Shown: piece after piece, positions 28,960-41,432 of the stretch | Layout: each line of letters starts with the position of its first letter | How positions within the stretch are numbered: the first letter of the stretch is position 1 | Assembly: GCF_009914755.1 (NCBI RefSeq) | Contig: NC_060927.1 | DNA: 64,000 nucleotides | Source: the human T2T-CHM13v2.0 reference genome, Homo sapiens | Reading direction: 5' to 3' (one strand) | Position numbers and translations under genes: made by a program | Notes under the pieces: generated by a model | Told to the model about the DNA's origin: nothing | Database searches by the model: none | The model's input: the letters and a program-made list of their open reading frames with translations, nothing else

Positions 28960-29090
28960 CATTGCCACTTATAATTACGATAATTATGTGACCTTGAACA
29001 AGACACAATATCAGAGGCTCCTCCTCTTACCTGTAAAATGGGATGATAATACCTGACTCACTTCATTCCCTTGGTTGTTTTGAATTTAAA
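28960..29090 (+). mobile_element. MIR fragment
   Basis: tgtgaccttgaacaag..ctgtaaaatgggatgataatacct. Confidence 0.75.
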
Positions 29091-29654
29091 TAGAAAAAAA
29101 TAGAATTATTAACGTCTTATAAATTTAAAAGTGTAAATAAAATCTATAATGGTTATTTTTAATAGATAGACCATCCAAAACTTTATCACTCAATTATTAA
29201 GTACTACAAATATAGGTTACCTAGACTTTTTATTTTAAAAATATGGAACAATCAAACCCACAGAATTCATTTGGTAGAACATGGAGCTTGAGAATTTAGC
29301 TAATAGAAACCTGAGTTTTGTAGAAAGGACTGATTGATTTTCTTCATTCAAAGCCAAGAATTTCAACCACCTAGGCAAGCCCATCCACTCATTCTAAGCT
29401 AAATGTGCTTAGCTACAAAAGACTAGACATAATATGTCACATCTAACAGGCATGATAAAATGAGACTTAAAGAAAAATAAGTTACTTTGAGAAATTAAAC
29501 CAAATCAAATGACACCATCACTGTTCAAAACATTTGCAGCTTCTTTGAGAATTCTTTTTCAAAACCAATTTCATCAGCCACACAAACAAACAACAATTCA
29601 CCAGCAATTCAAACTCAGCCTTTGATTTGGCTCCAAACTGGTGTCTCCCAGCAT

Positions 29655-29860
29655 AATTTCCCACCTTATTCACAAGACTTGGCTCTCAAAGTGTTTAGGG
29701 TCTTTTCAAAAATGAAATCTATACTCAAAGAAACAAGACTTGCTTATATCAAAATTGTTCTTAAAAATAATAATAATTAAGGGGGTTCCAAACAAGAGTG
29801 TTCCAAACAATAGCACATCACTCCAGTGAGTTTCTAGTTCCCTGAGGGACTAACCGTGGG
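29655..29860 (+). mobile_element. MARNA-like mariner transposase relic
   Basis: ccaccttattcacaagacttggct encodes PPYSQDLA (mariner YSPDLAP motif), followed by ttcaaaaatgaaatctatactcaaag. Confidence 0.7.
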
Positions 29861-30038
29861 GAGATGTGCTCATTGCCCTGTACAGACAAGCAGAAGACTC
29901 TGGCAGGAAGGACTTGGGTGCCAGAGACTAACTTGGGTTAAAATCCAGCTCCATCACTCACCTGCTAGGTGACCTTGGGCGAATAATTTACCTTCTCTAT
30001 ACTTCTGTTTCCTCCTCCACAAAATAAAGATATTATCT

Positions 30039-31186
30039 CAGGTGACCATATTATGTATTGTCCAACCCAGTGCACTTTGGAAAGAAAAAAGGTGTCTTTT
30101 ACTAAGACAGTCATGTACCACATAATGACATGTCGATTAACTATGGAGTGCACATACAATGGTGATCCCATAAGATTATAATGAAGCTAAAAAATTCCAG
30201 TCACCTAGTGACACAGCAGCCTTTGCGACGTTGTAGTGAAACACATTACTCACATGTTTGTGGTGATACATCTGTAAGCAAACCTACTACCCTTACTTTT
30301 TATTGTTATTTTAGAGTATACTCCTTCTACTTATTTAAAAAAAAAAAAAAGTCAACTGTAAAGCTGCCTCAGGCAGGTCCTTCAAATGGCATTCCAGAAG
30401 AAGGCATTGCAATCCTAGGAGATGATAGCTCCATGTGTCTTACTGCCCCTGGAGACCTCCCAGTGGGTAAGAGGTAGAGGTGAAAGACAGTGATATTGAT
30501 GATTCTGACTCTACCGGCCTAGACAAATGTGCATCCTTGTGTCTTACTTTAAAACAAAATTTTAAAAGGATAAAAACATTTTTAATTTAAAAATAGAAAA
30601 AAGCTTATAGAATGAGGATATAAAGAAAATATTTTTGTACAGATGTACAATATGTTTGTGTTTTAAGTATTATTACAAAAAAGTCCGAAAGTTGAAAAAA
30701 TTAAAGAGTTTATAAAGTTAAAAAGTTGCAATAAATTAAGATTAGTTTATTATGGAAGAAAGAAAAATATTTTTTATAGACTTAGTGTAGCCTAAGTGTA
30801 CAATGGCCGTAAAGTCTCTAGTAGTGCACAGTAGTGTCCTAGGCCTTCAAATTCACTCACCACTCACTCACTGACTCACCCAGGGCAACTTCCAGCCCTG
30901 CAAGCTCCATTCATGGTACATGCTCCAGTACAATCACATGATGTACAGGTTTATAGACTAGGAGCAATAGGTTATACCATCTAGCCTAGGTGTGGTGTAG
31001 TAAGCTACACCACGAAGGTTTGTGTAACTACACTCTATGATGTTCGCACAACAATGAAATCACCTAATGAGGATGCATTTCTCAGAAGGTATCCCCATCA
31101 TTACATGACACATGACTATACTTGCATCAGGACAGTAAGCATAGGCTGGGATTGGCACACGAAAACCAGGATGCCTGGTGATCCTA
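30039..31186 (+). mobile_element. MER81-like (hAT-Blackjack) MITE split by Tigger3
   Basis: aggtgaccata..gtccaacccagtgcacttt left half and aaaccaggatgcctggtgatccta right half (inverted termini). Confidence 0.7.
30108..31118 (+). mobile_element. Tigger3b-like (MER7) DNA transposon
   Basis: TIRs cagtcatgt... and ...acatgacta; 3' TA; internal cccataagattataat, cagaagaaggcattg, ttagtgtagcctaagtgt. Confidence 0.9.
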
Positions 31187-31769
31187 ACACCCCACTTTCT
31201 TAAGGGTGTTTGTGAAGATTAAGTAACATAATGGGTTCACAGGGTGTGATTAAGAGGTAACCCTATATAATTTATACCAGGCTAAAAAGCAAAAAGTCAT
31301 AGACCTTGCTGATGATACCTGCCTACTCCATTGGGCCTTGCTTTCAAAATCCTTTTGTTTACAAATATATGCAGGACTGGCAGCTTGCCACATCTGGTAT
31401 GATAAACGGGTGTGCATTTACACAGACACAGCCCTCCCTCTCACCTGGTGGCACTACCACAGAGGGGCAGCTTTCCCTTTGAACCCAGCCAGGAAGGTGG
31501 CAGCACAAGGCCCATTTATCATTTGCCCTGCATCCAAGGCACTGGCCACACAGTGAGGTTTTCAGACGTGTGACAGGCTCAGCATAGACACGTTGCTCTC
31601 AAGGAGTGGAATCTTCTCAAGAGAAGTAAACGAAGCCCAAGTACATCCATATATCTGACAGCGGACAGGTGCCCACACTTCCACGTTTCACCTTGGCAGG
31701 AAGCAACAGCATTACAATAATATAAGCTCCTATTTACTTTACTGTGAGCTAAGTACTTCACTAGGCTCT

Positions 31770-32225
31770 CTGTGTTTTTCTGACACCAAATACATCGTTC
31801 CAACACAAATTCTCATATTCTCTGACACCAGTAAGGTGTCCAACAATTCAATTTAATTCTGACACTATTCCAAGTAAGCACAGACCCCATAGGTTAAGGA
31901 CTCTGTCCTACAAAACTGGGCCCACTGCAGATGCTGGCCGGAAATGGGGTCCCCAGACTACCTTCACTTTGGCCCAGCAGACAACAAGTTCAGGGGTTCC
32001 CAGAATCACTCTTTAGGTTTGATAACTTGCTAGAACAACTCACAGAACTCAGGACGGTGCCATGTTTACTGTTACAGTGTATTATAAAGGATACGAATGA
32101 ACAGCCAGATAGTGAGGTCTTGGAGTGTTCCAGATGCAGGTGCTTTTGTTCCCATGGAGTTGGGATGAGCTACCCTCCCAGCACATGGATGTGTTCACTA
32201 ACTTGGAAGCACCCTCAAACCTCAA
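31770..32225 (-). mobile_element. MER21/MER4-group ERV LTR fragment
   Basis: caattcaatttaattctgacact, aggtttgataacttgctagaacaactcacagaactcagg, tcccagcacatggatgtgttcac. Confidence 0.75.
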
Positions 32226-32397
32226 AAGCTTCTCCACTTCAAAAACCTGCTTGGCACACATCTTCCCCACCTAAGTCAAGGGCTACATTCTCCTACTTGG
32301 TGCAGCCCGGAAATCACTAAGTCTTTCTTTCATCTCTCTTTTATATTACCAATTCATCAGTGACCCCAATGGCTCTACTTTTCAGACATAGAGAGCC

Positions 32398-32700
32398 GGT
32401 GGTGAGGCATGGTGGCTCATTGCTGTAATCCCAGAAGTTTGGGAGGCCATGACAAGAAGATGGCTTCAGCTCAGGAATTTCAGACCAGCCTGGACAACAC
32501 AGCAAAACCTCCTCTCTATTAAAAAAAAAAAAGATAGCCAGGCATGGCGGTGCATGCCTATGGTCCCAACTATTTGGGAGGTTGAGGTGAGAGGATCATT
32601 TGCACCCTGGAGATAGAGGCTGCAGTGAGCTATGATCACGCCACTACTCTCCAGCCTGGGTGACAGAGTGAGACCCTGTCTCAAAAACAACACAACAGTA
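32398..32700 (+). mobile_element. AluJ
   Basis: Diverged dimer with AluJ features (gaggatcattt..gaggctgcagtgagctatgatc..gagaccctgtctc); degenerate TSD agacatagagag/agatacagagag. Confidence 0.9.
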
Positions 32701-32866
32701 TTGAAGATACAGAGAGGCAATTACTCCCCGCTCCCTACCACTGCCAGGGTGGTCCATCCCTCATCGTCTCCCAACTGAATCTTTGCAACAGCCCCCTAGC
32801 TGACCTCCCTGCATCTACCCATTGTCTCCATCATTCTTTTCACAGCACCTCAGCCAGAGCAATCTA

Positions 32867-33424
32867 GTGAAAGCCTGGGCAAAAACTCGCCCTCAGTAGC
32901 CCCTGTCTCACTTGGGGTGAAAGCATGGGGGAAAACTCCCCCTCGGTGGCCCCTGTCTCACTTGGGGTGAAAGCATGGGGGAAAACTCCCCCTCGGTGGC
33001 CCCTGTCTCACTTGGGGTGAAAGCATGGGGGAAAACTCCCCCTCAGTAGCCCCTGTCTCACTTGGGGTGAAAGCATGGGGGAAAACTCCCCCTCAGTGGC
33101 CCCTGTCTCACTTGGGGTGAAAGCATGGGGGAAAACTCGCCCTCAGTGGCCCCTGTATCACTTGGGGTGAAAGCATGGGGGAAAACTCCTCCTCGGTGGC
33201 CCCTGTCACACTTGGGGTGAAAGCATGGGGGAAAACTCCCCCTCGGTGGCCCCTGTATCACTTGGGGTGAAAGCATGGGGGAAAACTCCCCCTCGGTGGC
33301 CCCTGTCTCACTTGGGGTGAAAGCATGGGGGAAAACTCCCCCTCGGTGGCCCCTGTCTCACTTGGGGTGAAAGCATGGGGGAAAACTCCCCCTCAGTGGC
33401 CCCTGTCACACTTGGGGTCAAAGC
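32867..33424. repeat. 50-bp minisatellite/VNTR, about 11.2 copies
   Basis: Unit gaaaactccccctc(a/g)gtggcccctgtctcacttggggtgaaagcatgggg; period exactly 50 (32881, 32931 ... 33381). Confidence 0.98.
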
Positions 33425-34561
33425 CGATGGCCTCATGATTTCCCTCTGCCCATCTCATCTCATCCCACACCCCCACTTATCCCTCCGCATAACACCACCC
33501 TCCCTGAGCTTCCTAAAACACACCAGGCCACACTTGCCTTGAGGCCCCTGCATCCTCCGTTCCTCTGCTTGGAAGACTCTTCCCCAGATATTCCTGTGGT
33601 TTCCTCCCCACGTCCTTTAGTTCTCTGACCTCCCATTAAAAATAGCAATACTTTCTACCCTGTCCCCACGCCATCCCAGCACTCCCTAACCCCCCTTCTC
33701 TGGCTTATTCTGCTCGTTAGACTTACTGCCATCTAGCATATATTCTTATTTGTTTATTGTTTAATGTAAAGTTCAAAGAAATAAGAATTGTTTGAGTCTC
33801 TGCTTTATCCTTTGCGACCAGATCAGTGTCTGTCTTGTAGAGGCACTTAATAAATATTTGTTGAAAAAAAAAAAAAAAGGAAGAAAGGAGGGAAGGAAAG
33901 GGAAGAAGGAAGTGAAAGGAGGGGTAAGAAAGAGATCTTATCAAGGAAATGTTGTGACCAACCATGTATCTGGGAGAGAGGAAAGGGACACTCCAGCTTG
34001 AATCCAAACTTTGACCACGTCTGGTATGTCTGGCCAACTGCTGCCAGATGTTGAGGTGGGACAGCCAGAAGTCCAAGGGAATGACAGGGTGAGAAACCTC
34101 CTGGGAAGAGGACGTTCCAACAGGAATCAGGCATATTCCTGTTGGACCCAGCCTCAGAGCCTAGTGGTCAGAGTGGCAGGTTGTGCCCAAATGAAGCAGG
34201 CTGTCTCTCACTCTGACGTGTCCCAAGTTTAGCCCCATGGACTCACAGCTTAGCACCCTGGAGAGGGAGAAAACTGAAAGATCTGATTCACTCTTTGGAG
34301 CATAAGCATTATGAGACTGGACCCCACGTGGGTGCCAAGTTCAGTGTAAAAAGATATCATGCTAGATTTTGTGTTTGTGCAGCTTTCTCCACACTTCGCA
34401 AAAGCATGGCTGACACCCAGTTTGGCAACTGAGGAAGCACTCAGGCCTGGCTGCAGAGAAAGAGAGAGAGATGACGGCAGAAATGGCAACTGGGCCCATC
34501 GGGGAACTCAGTGTTTTATGGACATATTAGTAAACACAGCAGAAGATAAAAGAAAGAGAAA

Positions 34562-34914
<353 letters not shown>

Positions 34915-36519
34915 TCATGAAACTTCCCTGCCAAGACAGCAAAATGTGTGGGGTGATTTTTAAGGAATAGGGGCAGTATGAGCAAGAAGAGACCAACACC
35001 AGCAGGAATGACACTTAGGATTCCATTGGAACCCACCAGCTGATGGCTAAGATAAAATCCAATCCTAGATTTGATTTCAGAAGAGCAACTTTTGGTGCAT
35101 TCTCTTTTTATTTATATAAAATTTAAGAGCCCAGAGAAAGGTGATTAATTAAATTGTTGGTTTTTGCAAAGTCAGGCTCTCCAGAAACATGCCTTATTAT
35201 ATGCAGGTGATTGGTTTATATGTAGAGATAGCCTCCTAAGCATGGGATTTGAAGGGCCAATTACAATATGACCACAAGCTGACTTCTTTAGTTAATTCCA
35301 ATTCCTAGTGTTTCTATGAAAGTCTTCATTCAGGTAAATCTACCCATTTTAAGATTGTAACCCCTAATAATGAATAACAAAAATGCTGCTCTAGACGAAG
35401 CAATAGAACAATGAGAGGTTCATTTGTATCTCTCCAGACATCCAAAAGTGAACAGCAGACTGAAAATTCTGCCTGTGGTGACATATCAATTAGGGACATA
35501 AAGAGCTGCTTATTTAATAGAATCAATTAGGAGTCTCAACATCAAAAGGGCATCAAAAGAAAATAAATAAGTCACCTAGGGAAATACACAAGCACTGTGG
35601 ATGTAAACTCTGTTTATGTTTTTTCAAGTTTAATTTTATCTTGACTTAGCGCAACCATCATTAAGCAAACATTTTTAAGTTCAATTGCCTCTTGAGTGAA
35701 GCCAGCTACCATCATTAGGCAAACATTAGGTTTGGGACATGTGTCAATACAAAAATGATTTGCTGTATTGTTTGCCACACTGATGTAGAACAAATTCTGG
35801 GCCAGCTTGAGTATATCAGAGTCAGCTTGTTTTATCCTCAACTCACCACTTCCCCAACTCAACTCCAAAGCTCCTGTAGATCAGAGAAAATTTTCCATTC
35901 CCAGTGGTTTCTCTCCTTCTCCCCAATGCCTGTTATGACAGAAATGGGGGAGCTTGCTTCCCTTTTCTTCTTTTCCCTTAAGATTCAGTCAGAAGAGAGG
36001 GACTCCAACTCCAATTGGTTCAGTGATCTTTCCTTAGGGGACACATTTAACAAATCAAGCTCTCTTTGAGCTAGGTCATGTGTTGACCAATATAAAATTA
36101 TAATTGTTTCTTGGACTATTTCTAGCTCAAACACCCTCAGTATCTGAACTGTAATCATATGTTGCCTTTTCGCTACTCTTCTAAAATTATCCTAGCACTA
36201 CTCTGTATGAGAAAATTCATGCACAGAAGCTGACATCTGCTTTGTGTTTTCCATTCCAGTCCCAAGTCACAGATTCACAATGAGGACTTCAGCAATCTCC
36301 TGTACACTTACTTTAACATCCATGCTAATGCTCATGGCAAGCAATGGATAGAGTGGATTTTATTCAGGGCAGACTTTCTTAGTTATGGGTGTGAATCCCA
36401 AGGAAAACTCTCCAAAACTGTTGGCTGATATTCATGCGGCAAGGAGACCGGATCCAAGATATTAGGTTGTGAAAGTCAAGCCCCAGCCTCTTATGGGAAA
36501 TTTTTATTAACGTTTTAAG

Positions 36520-37041
36520 GATCTTTTGCAAATTGAAGATGGCCATAAATTTATTTTAACACTTGTTCCTTCAAGAGAGATTTATTTTTTCAGCCCTTGA
36601 AGAAAGAGGACTGGCCTCTTCGACCAGTAAATAGGGCAGAAGTGATGATATGCCAGCCCTGGGCCTGGGCTTTTAGAAGACCGGCAGCTTCTATCTTGGT
36701 CTCTTGGAAGCCAACACCCAAGTGAGAACTGCAAAAACTCCAAGACTGTCCTGCTGTGAAAAGCCCAAGCCATGTGAGAAGACTCTGGGGATGTGACACC
36801 ATGTAGAAAAGAAAGAGACCAAGAAGCATCAGGGTGTCTGACATGTAAAGGAAGACCCATCTTGAAAGCGAATCCTCCAGCCTCAGCTGCCCTCATGAAT
36901 GCTAAGTGAACCAAAACAAACCACTCAGCTGAGCCTTTCCCAAATTCCTAATGCCAACAAAATTGTCAGCAATATAGGCAGGCTGTTTAAAACTATTGAG
37001 TTTGGGAATCATCTGTTATGAAGCTCTAGATGATTGGAGTA
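36520..37041 (+). mobile_element. MLT1 (G/H-type) LTR
   Basis: aagatggcca, ggcagaagtgatg, ctgtgaaaagcccaagc, cagctgagcctttcccaaattcct. Confidence 0.75.
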
Positions 37042-37513
37042 TGACTGACCATGATTGGCCTATGAGAGGTTCTTTTCTTGCATATGACAAGTTTGATCCC
37101 ACATCAGGGCCTTTCCATGTGCTTTTCCCTGGGATGCTCTTCTCCTAGGTGTTTTCCTGCCTAGATCCTTCTAATCATTCAGGTTGAGGATCAAACCCCT
37201 CTAGCTTGGAAAGGCCTTCTCTGACCACCCTATGTAAAGTGGGTGCATGTGAACACATGCCCTTAAGCCACCCTTTGGAAATTTCATTACTTGTTCATAT
37301 GTTTACTAGTTGATAATGAAAGGAAATGCAGCTTTGCCTTCTCTATGTGTGGCCTTATTTCAATCACCCAGAACACTGTATGGCACACACAAGATATTCA
37401 GGAAATATTTGTTGGCCAAATTCATAGATAAATAATATATTTATCAAACACAAGGGAAAAAAGGAGATATAAGCATAAGTTGCCAGAATATTTGAGGAAA
37501 CAAAATAGAACTC

Positions 37514-37926
37514 TGTCTTAGTCTGTTTGTGTTGCTATAAAGGAATATATGAGGCTGGGTAATGTGGAGAAAAAAAGGTTTATTTGGCTCATGATTCTGA
37601 TGGCTGGAAAGTTCAAGATTGGGCGTCTGCATCTGGTGAGGGCCTCAGGCTGCCTCCACTCATGGCAGAAAGGGAAGGGGAGCTGGTGTGTGCAGAGATC
37701 ACATGGGCAGAGGGACAGCAAAAGAGAAAGGAGGCGCAAGGCTCTTTTTAACAACCTGCTTTTCAGGGAACCCATAGAACAAGAACTCACTACCATGAGG
37801 ACAGCTCCTAGCCATCCATGAGGGATCCGCCCCCATGACCAAACCCCTCCCACCAAGCCCCACCTCCAACGCTGGGGATCAAATTTCATCATGAGGGTTG
37901 GGAGGAAGAACATTCAAACTATAGCA
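37514..37926 (-). mobile_element. MSTB-like solo LTR
   Basis: tgtcttagtctgtttgtgttgctataaagg...caaactatagca; TSD aactc/atctc. Confidence 0.9.
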
Positions 37927-38248
37927 ATCTCCGAGAGGAAAAAGTTATAAATTGTGATAAGATTATGTTGTAATAAAGCAAATAAAAGCTTTTATCCCTC
38001 ATTTACCTGGTTCTTGAGGTTCTTAAGTTTCCAAACTAAGAATCTAAAGGAATGTTTTAAAATTTTCCTTCCTGATTCTCCAGAGTAAAGACCTCAGACA
38101 TTAAAATATCATTTACAACAGACATTATTATACAGCAACGCTTCTCGCTTAAATGCAACCCGTTCTTCTCACCTCAGGACTCAAATTTAAAAGGTATACT
38201 AAGGTGCTAATTTGTTAAGCTAAAACCCCGAAATCAAAGCTATTACCA

Positions 38249-38281
38249 CAGTGCCACCTTGTGGCTAATGCTGATTCTGCA
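38249..38281 (-). promoter_or_regulatory. Predicted CTCF site with upstream (ZF9-11) motif
   Basis: Minus strand TGCAG-aatcagcattag-CCACAAGGTGGCACTG; motif prediction only. Confidence 0.65.
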
Positions 38282-38282
38282 C

Positions 38283-38891
<609 letters not shown>

Positions 38892-39403
38892 AACATATTT
38901 TTCTTTTAAAACCAATTGGGAATGAATATAACTTTATATAACACCAGGTTATATAAAGTGTTTGGTGCGCATGATCTTACGTGAGATGTGGTCATTCTGA
39001 GGTCAGTAGTGTCATCCCTATGTTATGGAGATTAGGAGAGAGAAAAGGACTGTGACAAATACTTACTGATACCCAGTGTGTGCTGTGTTATGCAAGGGCT
39101 TTTGAATAGCTTCTGTCTCTTAATACTTGAAATTATACTGGGATTTTGATACTATCCTCCTTTTTGTACATAAGCACATTTGTGCATGATAATGTTACGT
39201 GTCTTGTCATACATCTAGTAAATGAAGATTGGTCCCAGTAATACTGACCCCTGGAGCTGTTTTCAATCTATGGTATAGCATTGCCTCTCCCACAAAGTTA
39301 AACTTCTTCACCAAGTTTGACAAGCCTGTCAATTTGAGACAAAACTCAAACCCCAGACTTCTGGCTCTAATGTTCATTCATTCAACAAACACTCACTGAG
39401 CTC

Positions 39404-39820
39404 TGATATGGTTTGGATCTATGTTCCCACCAAATCTCATCTCAAACCGTAATCCCTAATGTTGAAGGTGGGGCCTGGTGGGAGGTAACTGGGTCGTGAT
39501 GGTGAATTTCACATGAGTGGTTTAGCGTCCCTCCCTCAGAACTGCCCTCATGTTAGTGAGTTCTCACAAGATCTGTTTATTTAAAAGTGTGTGGCACCTC
39601 CCCACTCTTTTGCTCCTTCTCCAGCCATGTGATGCGGCTGCTCCCCCTTTGCCTTCCACTATGATTGTGAGTTTCCTGAGGCCTCCCCGGAAGCCAAGCA
39701 GATGCCAGCATCGTGCTTCGTGTACAGCCTGAAGAACCACGAACCAATTAATTCTCTTTTCTTTATAAGTTACCCAGTCTCTGGCATTTCTTTATAGCAA
39801 TGCAAGAATGGACTGATACA
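39404..39820 (+). mobile_element. MSTA/B solo LTR inserted in an L2 tail
   Basis: tgatatggtttggatct...gaatggactgataca; perfect TSD agctc. Confidence 0.92.
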
Positions 39821-39984
39821 AGCTCCTACTGCATGCAGAGACTGTGCTGGACACCAAGGATATGCCAGCAAACTGTCTATCATTATGTTCTTTCTATAGC
39901 CTTAGAAAACCAAGTATCACCCATTTCTTTCAAAGTTTGGCCCACATATCAAAATCCAGTAAGCTCTAGGAAATTCTGGATGAT

Positions 39985-40350
39985 GTGTTCATTCATTCAC
40001 TCATTCATTCAATAGTCATTAAAAACCTGGAAAAAAGCCTACTGTGGGCAAAAGCAGAGGTGGTTCCTGGCATCATGGAAATTATATCCTGGTCGAGGAG
40101 AAAGACATTAATCAAGTAATCACAATAAAATGCAAAATTCCCATACGGTCAACACAATACAACTCTCCTAATTAAATGCTCTTACGTACCACACAAAAGC
40201 ATGTGATTGGGAGAGTTGACCAGTTCAGGAGGTCAGCTCACACGCCCCTGAAGAAGTGATGACGGGCCAATAGGACAAGTAGGAGTTAGGAAGGAAAAGG
40301 GGGAAGGAAAGAATTCCAGGCAGAGGGTTCTGAGGTGCAAAGGCCCTGAG
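39985..40350 (-). mobile_element. L2 fragment
   Basis: (ttca)n tail; ccctgaagaagtgatg; ccaggcagaggg..gtgcaaaggccctgag. Confidence 0.7.
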
Positions 40351-41432
40351 ACACTTGTGAGAGATGATATGTGTATGATCCTAAAACTAAAATCCTTTCC
40401 CAGGGCTTCTGCCTTACATTAGAAAATGGAAATACATTCTCAGCACTTCAGCTGCTGCTCCAATGTGCTCAGAATCTTTAGGAACCTAAAAACTTGGAAC
40501 AACTCCTAAATGCCCACCTTGTGACCATGAACTATTAAAAAGAGCCTCAAATATGTGTGGTAGTTTTACTTTCTAAAGTACTTTTCCATTCACCTTATTT
40601 TGACTCTCTCCCGCAAGCCACGTGGGCTAGGTGAATTGTATGCTTATTCTCGCACGCCAGAAAGAGGCACCCCAGAAAGGCTGGGTGACTTGTCCACATT
40701 AGTGCATTAGTATGTGGCCCAAGCAAACCTTCATTCCATCCCAATCTAATTATCTGTCCACCAGTCTTCCTCACAATGTAATTTAGCCCCCAGTTACTGC
40801 TAACTTACCGTACTGCAATGGGCAACTAACCATTTGGTGCCTAAGTTAAAAATAAATCTAATGTTCGTATTATTCATACTCTTAGCCTTCTGTGCAACAA
40901 TTTTGTTGTATGATTTTATCAGCAGGAAATACTTTGGTTAATACTTTGGCCTTAAAAATAGATAAACATCTTCTATTTTCTTGGCTATCATATCAACACT
41001 CAACTGGGGGACTTAATCAACAACTGATCAATTCAAACTAGTTTAATTAATTTTTTCCACTGAATTGTTCTACTCTAATGACTTTTTATCAAAGTGATCA
41101 GTTATGTGAGAATTGGGAAGACAGAACAGGATAATTCAATTAATTTTAAATTTCATGAGAGGGTGGGATTGGGGTGAGTTGAGTAAAAACTGTCATTTAC
41201 TATTTTCTGTAGATAAAATTTAAACTAGAGAAAATTGCGTTCTCCAAAACAGTTGCCAGAAAGAAAAGCAAACCCTGTCTTTCATTCATGTATGCATGCA
41301 TGCAATCATGAATTCATTCAATCAGTCAGTTAACATTAATTTTGGATCTACTAAGCGCCAGATCTGTGCCAAGTGGAATGCTATGGAAATGATTCAGAGG
41401 AGTATATAGTACAAACCTGTGCCAATTACCAA

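Larger units (their letters stand above)
29905..31240 (+). mobile_element. MIR (29905-30038, 31187-31240) split by MER81 and Tigger3
   Basis: gtgaccttgggc..tctgtttcctcctccacaaaat, resuming at gggtgtttgtgaagattaag. Confidence 0.7.
32230..33865 (+). mobile_element. L2a 3' region hosting an AluJ and a 50-bp VNTR
   Basis: gcaacagccccctagctgacctccctgc, cagccagagcaatct, ggaagactcttccccagat, end gcacttaataaatatttgttgaa. Confidence 0.85.

Noticed and set aside
31441-31457. CTCF-like TCACCTGGTGGCACTA
   Set aside because: Two mismatches at important core positions and no upstream motif
32867-33424. CRISPR-like periodic array
   Set aside because: Head-to-tail units with no unique spacers, no cas genes, primate DNA: a minisatellite
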